From positions 1 through 53,651 of the IMG/VR virus record IMGVR_UViG_3300046837_000247: a stretch of 53,651 nucleotides of DNA, one strand, 5' to 3'. Position 1 is the first letter of the stretch; each line of letters opens with the position of its first letter. The DNA is from a virus. Taxonomy: Duplodnaviria; Caudoviricetes. A program made the position numbers and the translations under genes. This document shows, one piece after another, positions 46,990 through 53,651 of the stretch. The notes beneath the pieces were generated by a model. It searched no databases, was not told the DNA's origin, and saw only the letters and a list, made by a program, of their open reading frames with translations.

Positions 46990-47072
46990 GCAGCGGTCGC
47001 TCGGCGATCTGCTCACGCGGGTTTGGGTGACACGCGTGCTCGTGGCCTCGGCTAATCCCCGGGGCCACGGGT
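46990..47072 (+). ncRNA. Candidate trans-acting antisense sRNA with three hairpins
   Basis: -10 TATCCT 46980-85; central stem CACGCG/CGCGTG with loop GGTTTGGGTGACA complementary to the leader motif; 11-bp 3' stem. Confidence 0.7.
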
Positions 47073-47077
47073 CGTCT

Positions 47078-47121
47078 ATAGGCGTGCTATGCTGCGGGAA
47101 CCCAAACCCCGACTAGGGAGG
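47078..47121 (+). promoter_or_regulatory. Motif promoter B
   Basis: ATAGGCGTGCTATGCT...ACCCAAACCC...GGGAGG. Confidence 0.8.
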
Positions 47122-47126
47122 CACCC

Positions 47127-47915
47127 ATGACAGACGAGCCTAGCCACCAGCTTGTGCGCGTGGCCGCAGCTACCGACATACCATCGGCGCAGGACATCAA
47201 CCTGCTGGGCACGGTGGCCGAGAACCTGGCCAAGTCGGGCATGTTCCCAGACGCCCGCACCGCCTCGCAGGCGTTCGCCAAGATCATGCTGGGCCGCAGC
47301 CTGGGCCTTGGCCCCATGCAGGCCATGACCGGCATCCACATCGTGGAGGGCAAACCGCAGCTGGCGGCCACCACGCTGGCTGGCTTTGTGCGCCAGCACC
47401 CGGACTACGACTACCAGGTGGCGCAGCACGACGACAAGACGTGCGAGATCTTCTTCTACGGTGCAGACAGCCGCGAGCTAGGCACCTCGAGCTTCACGCT
47501 GGATGAAGCTAAGCAGGCAGGCCTAGTAAAGCCGAAGTCAGCCTGGGAGAAATACCCCAAGAACATGCTCTTCGCCCGCGCCATGAGCAACGGCGTGCGC
47601 TGGTACTGCCCCGACCTCTTCGGTGGCGTGCCGGTCTACACCGAGGCCGACGAGTTCGAGGTGCGCCCGGCGCTAACGCAGGGCCGCGGCGACGGCGAGC
47701 CGGTGGGCATCGAGCTGCCAGCGGCTGTGGAGGCGATCATTGCGCGCGCAACCGAGTTGGGCCACCAGGGCCTAGCCGACCGTGCGGCAGCAGAGATGGC
47801 CATCGGCGGCATGCCCGTCAAGATGGTGGCCGTGTGGGTGGCTACCGCCGAGGCCGAGCTGGACGCGATCGAGCAGGCGGCCGTCGACGCCGAGGTTGAG
47901 GAGCCCGCCAAATGA
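47127..47915 (+). CDS. RecT/Red-beta-like single-strand annealing protein
   Basis: GLGPMQAMTGIHIVEGKP...FTLDEAKQAGL...WEKYPKNMLFARA...PD. Confidence 0.8.
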   Translation: MTDEPSHQLVRVAAATDIPSAQDINLLGTVAENLAKSGMFPDARTASQAFAKIMLGRSLGLGPMQAMTGIHIVEGKPQLAATTLAGFVRQHPDYDYQVAQHDDKTCEIFFYGADSRELGTSSFTLDEAKQAGLVKPKSAWEKYPKNMLFARAMSNGVRWYCPDLFGGVPVYTEADEFEVRPALTQGRGDGEPVGIELPAAVEAIIARATELGHQGLADRAAAEMAIGGMPVKMVAVWVATAEAELDAIEQAAVDAEVEEPAK

Positions 47916-48115
47916 CTATGCGTGGTGCGCGACGCCACGCAGCGCAGGCGGCGTCTCATGTAGGACAAGCGCGCGACCATCGGCGGCAGCTGGCCCGGCT
48001 GTTGCGTGCTGCCCGCACACAGATCCCAGACGATGCTGCGTGGCGGCAGTGGCTAAAGGAGAACACGAGCCTGACACCGCAGCAGGCAGACGGCTATATC
48101 AGGAGGGGCAAATGA
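47912..48115 (+). CDS. Hypothetical protein
   Basis: ATGA overlaps on both sides. Confidence 0.6.
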   Translation: MTMRGARRHAAQAASHVGQARDHRRQLARLLRAARTQIPDDAAWRQWLKENTSLTPQQADGYIRRGK

Positions 48116-49185
48116 AGATACCCGACGCCTTTCGCCAGTCGCTGGTTGGCACCTTTGACGACTGCGCCCTGGCCACGCGCTTCGAGTTGGAAGGCCACCG
48201 CGAGTGGTCAAGCAAGGCGCAGGCGCGCGGCACGATCTTCCACAGTATTGCCGAGGAGATCTTGCGCACCCTGCACCGTCAGGGCGAGAACGCGATCAGC
48301 ACGCAGGAGGCCATAGAGGTCGCCTACGAGGTGATGGCCCAGCGCGACGTGCCGGCAGGCGATGTGGTGGTGCTGGACGCCGACGAGCGGGCCATGCTGA
48401 TCCGCACGGTGCTGATGTTCGCTGGCCTCACGTGGGACGACCTGCACATCGTGGGGCTGGAGAAGCGTCTGACGGTGCCGATCAAGTGCGAGGACGGCAA
48501 GACGCGCACGTTCACCGGCAAGCTGGACCTCCTGGCGGCAGACCCGCCGGGGGGAGCCATCGTTGTGGATTTCAAGACTGGCTGGGGGTCGCCCAAGGAC
48601 AGCCGCGGCCCCGAGGAGCCGGTCGGCAAGCAGTACCTCAGCGAGCGCGGGCACTTCCAGCTGGACGCCTACGGGCTGCTGGTGATGGGCACATACCCCA
48701 GCATCGACCACGTGACGTTGCGGGAGTTCCACGTGATGACGGACGCCGTGCGTGAAGCCACGCTGACCCGCGACGAGTTGGAGCACGTGACGCGCGAGCT
48801 GGGCGTACAGATGGAGCTGCTGGAACGGGCCATGACCGAAGGCGCCAAGTCGAAGCTGTGGAAGCCCACGCCCGGTAAGCATTGCCAATGGTGCTGTCGG
48901 CCCAGCGGCTGTCCTATTGCGGCGGCAGAACGCGGCGAGGGGGCCGTGGAGACGCCCGAGATGGCTGCAGAATGGGCTGAGGGTCTAGTGGCTGCTTCGG
49001 CCAGTCGAGACAACTATCGCAAGGCACTAAAGGCATACGTAGACGAGACTGGCGCCATTGTGCCTGCAGGGCGCAATCTGGCTGTCGGCTGGCGCGTGGA
49101 CGACAAGAACGGACGGCGTGCCTTCGGCATATATCCACGGGCTACGCTTGAAGACCAGCGGAAGATCGGAGCCGCAACCCCATGA
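48112..49185 (+). CDS. PD-(D/E)XK Cas4/RecB-like exonuclease
   Basis: GTIFH, GKLD, VVDFKTG, QLDAY, HCQWC...CP Fe-S-type cysteines. Confidence 0.88.
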   Translation: MKIPDAFRQSLVGTFDDCALATRFELEGHREWSSKAQARGTIFHSIAEEILRTLHRQGENAISTQEAIEVAYEVMAQRDVPAGDVVVLDADERAMLIRTVLMFAGLTWDDLHIVGLEKRLTVPIKCEDGKTRTFTGKLDLLAADPPGGAIVVDFKTGWGSPKDSRGPEEPVGKQYLSERGHFQLDAYGLLVMGTYPSIDHVTLREFHVMTDAVREATLTRDELEHVTRELGVQMELLERAMTEGAKSKLWKPTPGKHCQWCCRPSGCPIAAAERGEGAVETPEMAAEWAEGLVAASASRDNYRKALKAYVDETGAIVPAGRNLAVGWRVDDKNGRRAFGIYPRATLEDQRKIGAATP

Positions 49186-49670
49186 AAGCCATCGATATCG
49201 GCGAGACTTACGGGCGCCTCACGGTGCTGGCGTCTGCCGGCACAAGCCCCGAAGGTAGGGCACTTTACGACTGCCGATGTGAGTGCGGAACGCGACGCGT
49301 AGTCCTAGGTAGAAACTTGGGCAAGACGGTCTCGTGCGGATGCCTGCAGCGAGAGAAGGCTGCAGCACGGATGCGCGGTCTGGCTAGGCACGGGCATTGC
49401 AATCCGGCCAGCCCGACCTACACGACGTGGAACGGGATGCATATGCGGTGCCGCGATCCGCGCACCAACGGCTACCACAACTACGGCGGGCGCGGCATTC
49501 GCGTTTGCGACCGCTGGCGCGACTTCGCCAACTTCTTAGCGGACATGGGCGAGCGCCCAGCGGGCCTGACGCTAGATCGGATTGACCCAGACAGAGATTA
49601 CGAACCGGGCAACTGCCGCTGGGCAACACGCTCAGAACAGCGGCGCAATCAACGAAAGAAGGCAGCATGA
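49182..49670 (+). CDS. HNH homing-type endonuclease
   Basis: YGRLTV...CRCECG...SCGC; YGGRGIRVCDRW...DMGERP..LTLDRID...NCRWAT. Confidence 0.9.
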   Translation: MKAIDIGETYGRLTVLASAGTSPEGRALYDCRCECGTRRVVLGRNLGKTVSCGCLQREKAAARMRGLARHGHCNPASPTYTTWNGMHMRCRDPRTNGYHNYGGRGIRVCDRWRDFANFLADMGERPAGLTLDRIDPDRDYEPGNCRWATRSEQRRNQRKKAA

Positions 49671-49951
49671 CCGACGGAGCAACACAGCCACCCCTGCAGG
49701 CAGCACCCGACCCGGCGCCGGCACAGCGCAAGCGGAACCCGGTCTACGCCGTGTTCTTCAAAAGCGCGACCGGCGGCTGGACCTGCATGAGCACGAACCG
49801 CGCGGCGGGCAGCCGCAAGGAGGCCGTGTTGGCCGAGTGCAAGGCCAACAACGAACCGGACCTCGAGGGCGAGTTCATGGTGATCCCGGCCGACGCCATC
49901 AAGCACATCAAGCGCACCGTGAAAAAGCAGACCGTCGATGAGTTCAACTAA
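49667..49951 (+). CDS. Hypothetical protein
   Basis: ATGA overlap; typical codon usage. Confidence 0.6.
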   Translation: MTDGATQPPLQAAPDPAPAQRKRNPVYAVFFKSATGGWTCMSTNRAAGSRKEAVLAECKANNEPDLEGEFMVIPADAIKHIKRTVKKQTVDEFN

Positions 49952-50147
49952 GCCCACCACATTCGGCAATGGCCGGCCGGCGGCACAGCGCACACCGCGC
50001 AAGTCGCTGAAGGATCGGCTGGCCGAGGGACCAGGCGCTGGTGAACGAGACGCACGTGCGGCTGCGCAGGGAATTCCGGCGCCGCGACAAACGGCGCAAC
50101 CCCGACGGCTGGCGCCTGCCACCGGACAAGGAGTGCGGCGATCGTAG
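49938..50147 (+). CDS. Small basic hypothetical protein
   Basis: ORF tiling. Confidence 0.45.
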   Translation: MSSTKPTTFGNGRPAAQRTPRKSLKDRLAEGPGAGERDARAAAQGIPAPRQTAQPRRLAPATGQGVRRS

Positions 50148-50164
50148 GGGCTACTCTTGAGGGT

Positions 50165-50380
50165 ATGTCCGATGGCACCGGACGAGCGGCAAGAGAGGAA
50201 GGTCGGGCCGGCTGGGAGGTCGTTGTCCACCAGCGCGACGCGGCCCGGCGGGAACGCGATGAGGCGAGGCGCGAGTGCGTAGACCTGCGCGGCCAGCTGG
50301 ACGCCCTGCAGCTCCGTATGGCTACGCCTGGCATCACATCGTCTACCAGCAGACCGTCCGGCGGCACGGCGGCAACCTAG
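50165..50380 (+). CDS. Small coiled-coil hypothetical protein
   Basis: TACTCT -10-like box just upstream; QRDAARRERDEARRE. Confidence 0.5.
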   Translation: MSDGTGRAAREEGRAGWEVVVHQRDAARRERDEARRECVDLRGQLDALQLRMATPGITSSTSRPSGGTAAT

Positions 50381-50598
50381 ACGACCCGCGCAACCTGGTG
50401 CTGGTGCGCAACGACGCGCACGAGCACCACCACAAACGGTCGCGGGTCATCCTGCTGGCAGCCCTGCCCGACGCCGCCTACGAGTACGCTGCCGAGCTGC
50501 TGGGGCGGGGCAAGGCATACAACTACCTGCGCCGGCACTACGCGGTCGGGCCGCCACCCCAGCGTAGAGAGGACCCTCGGCTTGCAGCTTTGCTATAG
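50275..50598 (+). CDS. HNH-like protein
   Basis: HHIV...DPRNLVLV...H..HH. Confidence 0.6.
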   Translation: MRRPARPAGRPAAPYGYAWHHIVYQQTVRRHGGNLDDPRNLVLVRNDAHEHHHKRSRVILLAALPDAAYEYAAELLGRGKAYNYLRRHYAVGPPPQRREDPRLAALL

Positions 50599-50633
50599 CC
50601 GCGCTATAATGGGGTTCACCCAAACCCAAGGAG
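50595..50633 (+). promoter_or_regulatory. Motif promoter D
   Basis: TATAGC-CGC-GCTATA palindrome over TATAAT; TCACCCAAACCC; AAGGAG. Confidence 0.8.
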
Positions 50634-50639
50634 CGAACA

Positions 50640-51067
50640 ATGGCAACGCCGTATCTAGACCCCAAGACGAAGCACCCGCATCCCGGCTGGGTTGATCCGG
50701 AAGCCGATCTCGTGGGCTTGAAAACTTGCAGGCGCACTTCGAATCGCTGACCGATTGGGCGATGTTGGATGGCTGCTGGCCGGCCAACGTTCACCCCGGC
50801 GACATAGACGGTTTCATAGAGCGTCGCGGCATCAGTCTGTTCTTGGAGCATAAGAAACCGGGCGCGAAACTAGGCCGCGGGCAGATGATCGCCTACGAGA
50901 GCCTCGCTCGGCAGGGCAACACGACGCTGGCGTGTTGGGGCGACCGCCTGAACGTGGAAGCCCTGCAGATCATTGGCCCCAGCGGCACGCGGCCTATCGT
51001 CGAGGCCTCGCTAGAGGAGATGCGGCGACTGTGTGCGGGATGGTGGCGGCAGGCCAGCCGCAGATAG
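50640..51067 (+). CDS. PD-(D/E)XK (VRR-NUC-like) nuclease, split by a -1 frame change near 50720
   Basis: ATG ORF 50640..50750 overlaps a -1 frame ORF carrying PGDIDG..ER.G..LFLEHK...GQ. Confidence 0.6.
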
Positions 51068-51298
51068 AACGACTACGGCCCGACACACGAGGATCGCCGG
51101 GCCGTAGTATGCTGTGCCGCTGAGAGTTATGCGCGGGGCAAGCGTAGCAAATGTCGCGCCCCGCGCGGTCTGCAGGTCACCGCGAAGGAGGGCACCATGA
51201 CCGAGCTGCAAACCCCCCAGAGGCTAGGGCGCTGGGCTATGCCACGAGAACGCACGGCACCCACGCGGGAGGCTACTGCAGCATCCGGGTAGGCGGCT

Positions 51299-51841
51299 AT
51301 GGCCGCCCCGGCGCAGCACCTAGCGCCCATCCCAGACAGGCAGACGGGCGAGTTGCAGCCAGCGACGCCCGAGGGCCTGGCGCAGGAGAACCAAGCCCTG
51401 CGCGACGAACTGGCTGGCGCCATGCGCTCCCTAAGAGCCGAGTCGCGGCGCCTGGAGGAGCTAAAGCGAGACCACCAGGCAGAAGCAGAAGAACACAAGC
51501 TCTGGCCACAGGCCACCAACCTGTTCGCGCACTGGCAGAAAGCGTGCAGGCACCCCGGCGCCGACTGGAAATGGGAGCGGTTCGAGTTGGTGGTGCCGTA
51601 CCTGAAACGGCGCAAGTACGGATTGGAGCTGTGCCTGCGCGCCATCGCGGGCGCGGCCTTTGACCCGTTCGTCACCAAGGCGAAAAACGGCAACCCGATA
51701 CGTCACGACGGCTGGGATCTGATCTTCCGCAACTCCGAAAAGTTCGAGTCGTTCTGCAACCGTGCTCCGGTGCCGTGGGAGTGCCCGGACCTGGCGCCGT
51801 TCATGCGGCCTGGCCCGGTGCTGGTGGTGGTGGGCGGGTGA
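51299..51841 (+). CDS. Hypothetical protein, possibly related to replication-initiator C-terminal domains
   Basis: Coiled coil then LFAHWQ...LCLRAI.G...DPF...WDLIFRN.EKFE.F. Confidence 0.55.
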   Translation: MAAPAQHLAPIPDRQTGELQPATPEGLAQENQALRDELAGAMRSLRAESRRLEELKRDHQAEAEEHKLWPQATNLFAHWQKACRHPGADWKWERFELVVPYLKRRKYGLELCLRAIAGAAFDPFVTKAKNGNPIRHDGWDLIFRNSEKFESFCNRAPVPWECPDLAPFMRPGPVLVVVGG

Positions 51842-52284
51842 GCAAGTTGCAGGTGGTGCCGATGACACTGAGGGAGGCGAACGCTTACGTCGAACGCAAC
51901 CATCGTCACAGCGTTCCCGTGCGCGGCATGAAGTTTGCAATCGGGGCGGCTCTAGGCGAGGCTGTGGTGGGCGTTGCTCTCGTCGGTCGTCCCGTGGCGC
52001 GCGTAGCAGACGACGGCTGGACGGCCGAGGTTCTGCGCGTCTGTACAAATGGCACGCCCAACGCACCTTCAATGCTGTATCGCGCCTGCTGGCGGGCCTG
52101 CCGCGCGATGGGCTATCGGAAGCTCATCACATACACGCTCAAGACAGAGCCGGGCACGAGCCTGCGCGCGGCGGGATGGACCGTTGTCGGGGAGGTTGCG
52201 AAGCGTAGTTGGCATACACCGTCGCGCCCGCGCGTAGATAGAGACGAGCGACAGGAGCGTTTCCGCTGGGAGATCGTGGCGTGA
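51838..52284 (+). CDS. XF1762-family protein (Mom-like/GNAT-like)
   Basis: ANAYV..NHRH...VGRPVAR..DDG.TAEV.R.CT.GT.NA.SMLY...MGY..LITY...E.GTSLRAAGW. Confidence 0.8.
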   Translation: MSKLQVVPMTLREANAYVERNHRHSVPVRGMKFAIGAALGEAVVGVALVGRPVARVADDGWTAEVLRVCTNGTPNAPSMLYRACWRACRAMGYRKLITYTLKTEPGTSLRAAGWTVVGEVAKRSWHTPSRPRVDRDERQERFRWEIVA

Positions 52285-52670
52285 GGTATTGGACATGTCG
52301 GCGGCAGGCCAAGGGCGTCGTGTGCGGCGCGCGCAACCCGGCGGTCAAGCAGCGATGCACCGGCTGCGGCAAGCCTCGGCCGAAGCGCCAGGCCCCGGCC
52401 CACAAGGCCGCGCTCGACCTGCCATACGAGACCTACGTCAAACTGAACGGCGGCGACCACTGCTACCTCTGCGAACGCCAGCCCAGCGCCGGCCGCCGGC
52501 TAGACCGTGACCACGACCACCGCACGGGCCAGCCGCGGGGTCTCTTGTGCCACCGCTGCAACCGGGCTCTGCCCAGCTGGACGACGCCGCAGTGGCATCG
52601 GCACGCGGCGGCCTACCTGGAAATAGGCGTGCTATGCTCTGTGCTACCCAAGCCCAAGGAGGCCGCGTGA
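52281..52670 (+). CDS. Endonuclease VII-like protein
   Basis: CYLC...LDRDHDHRTGQPRGLLCHRCN. Confidence 0.88.
   Translation: MRYWTCRRQAKGVVCGARNPAVKQRCTGCGKPRPKRQAPAHKAALDLPYETYVKLNGGDHCYLCERQPSAGRRLDRDHDHRTGQPRGLLCHRCNRALPSWTTPQWHRHAAAYLEIGVLCSVLPKPKEAA
52623..52662 (+). promoter_or_regulatory. Motif promoter E
   Basis: ATAGGCGTGCTATGCT...ACCCAAGCCC AAGGAGG. Confidence 0.75.
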
Positions 52671-52867
52671 AGGTCCCGCAGATAGTCGGCAAGCCCGAGG
52701 CTGCGGCCATCCTGGGCATCCACCCGAACAACATGAAGCAGGACGGCAAGTGGGGCTATGGCCTGCCGCCGTCGCTACAGGACCGCGGGCTGGCCGAATG
52801 CGCCACGACGCCCCTTTGGCTTCGCAGCGAGGTAGAGGCGGCTGCACGCAGCAGGAAGAAGCCGTGA
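52667..52867 (+). CDS. AlpA/Xis-like HTH protein
   Basis: IVGKPEAAAILGI...LP....PLWLRSEVE. Confidence 0.7.
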   Translation: MKVPQIVGKPEAAAILGIHPNNMKQDGKWGYGLPPSLQDRGLAECATTPLWLRSEVEAAARSRKKP

Positions 52868-53013
52868 TGCGGATGCGGATGCGGGCGGGTTGGCTACAGG
52901 ACGGCCACTTCTGGCTTACGCGAGGCAGGTGGTTCTGGCGCTACACGTACTGCTACAACTGCGGGTTGCCGTACCGCGATGGCCTTTCTAAGTGCTCTAG
53001 GCGAGGCCGATGA
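52867..53013 (+). CDS. Small Zn-binding hypothetical protein
   Basis: TGATG coupling; CYNCG. Confidence 0.45.
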   Translation: MRMRMRAGWLQDGHFWLTRGRWFWRYTYCYNCGLPYRDGLSKCSRRGR

Positions 53014-53014
53014 C

Positions 53015-53290
53015 GTGGCTGAGGAACCTCTGTCGGGCTATGGTGACCGCCCTGTGGTTGGCGGCCCGCTCGATGGCCACAACGCCACTGCGACCGCTGA
53101 GTGCTTCGCCTACCTCGATGCCTCCGGTGACGCCTGGGACCTGGACGGCCCCGGCCGTGCCCTCTACCAGCGCCGAGGCACCCTCTGGGAGTTCGCCGGC
53201 CATGGCCAATACCTGTGCGTGGGATGCCGAGCGATGGTGGCTTCCCGAGCGGGCAGCACTTGTCCGCTGTGCGGAGCTGGACAGCCGTGA
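53015..53290 (+). CDS. Hypothetical protein with GGPLDG motif and C-terminal Zn ribbon
   Basis: VVGGPLDG; CVGC...CPLCG. Confidence 0.55.
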   Translation: MAEEPLSGYGDRPVVGGPLDGHNATATAECFAYLDASGDAWDLDGPGRALYQRRGTLWEFAGHGQYLCVGCRAMVASRAGSTCPLCGAGQP

Positions 53291-53428
53291 ACGGGCTGCG
53301 CAGTTCGTGGACGGCGTGAAGTTTGCGCTGATCGCCGAGTCCAACGAGGTCGACGACGACGAGGTCTACGCAGCCCTGACGATACTGCTGGCCGACGTGT
53401 TGGAAGCCCAGGACAGGCTGGCCGCCTA

Positions 53429-53651
53429 ATGGGCGGGGTGCACCTACGTAATCGCACCTGGGAGTGTGAGGAGACAGGGATGGTGGTGCGGCGGTGCTCG
53501 CGCTGCGAGCAGGTCAAGGTGCTGCAGGAGTTCGGAGACCAAAGCAGGCCGGGCATCTGTTCCGATTGCCGCATGGCGTACTACCGCGCCCTGCGCCGGG
53601 CCGGGCGGATCAAGCCGAAGGAGAAAGAGAAGGAGCGGCTACGACGCAAAG
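53429..53651 (+). CDS. 5' part of Zn-finger + HTH protein continuing at the window start
   Basis: TAATG coupling; CSRCEQVK...F...CSDC; open into the repeat. Confidence 0.8.
   Translation, partial: MGGVHLRNRTWECEETGMVVRRCSRCEQVKVLQEFGDQSRPGICSDCRMAYYRALRRAGRIKPKEKEKERLRRK
53550..53651. repeat. Right copy of terminal direct repeat
   Basis: Matches 1..102 with one mismatch. Confidence 0.97.

Noticed and set aside
48112-49185. CRISPR-Cas system suggested by the Cas4-like nuclease
   Set aside because: No repeat-spacer array or other cas genes; it lies next to a RecT-like gene as a recombination exonuclease
53010-53429. 139-aa ORF overlapping 53015..53290
   Set aside because: The alternative frame has the recognisable GGPLDG and Cys motifs; only the last 50 or so codons of this frame look coding

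Overview
The window is an apparently complete, circularly permuted genome (about 53.55 kb unique) of a high-GC tailed siphovirus-type phage with an actinobacteriophage-style gene set. It has a 102-bp end overlap, TerS/TerL, a portal fused to MuF-like and ADP-ribosyltransferase-like domains, a maturation protease, separate hexamer- and pentamer-type capsid proteins, tail genes with a tape measure protein, a large lysis/cell-wall enzyme block, and early genes (RecT-like, Cas4/RecB-like nuclease, C5 methylase, MazG-like, XF1762-like, HNH/EndoVII). I could not recognise an integrase, polymerase, helicase or tRNA. Two things stand out. (1) The Glu and Lys codon boxes are split by function: virion and secreted domains are packed with GAA/AAA at positions where related folds usually carry small polar residues, while catalytic or conserved Glu/Lys in the same genes use GAG/AAG. 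(2) A three-hairpin small RNA (about 46990-47072) has a loop complementary to an ACCCAAACCC leader found just upstream of the ribosome-binding site of six promoters, and the target variants are G-U compatible. Family calls come from motif recognition by eye, and counts are by hand; no searches were run.
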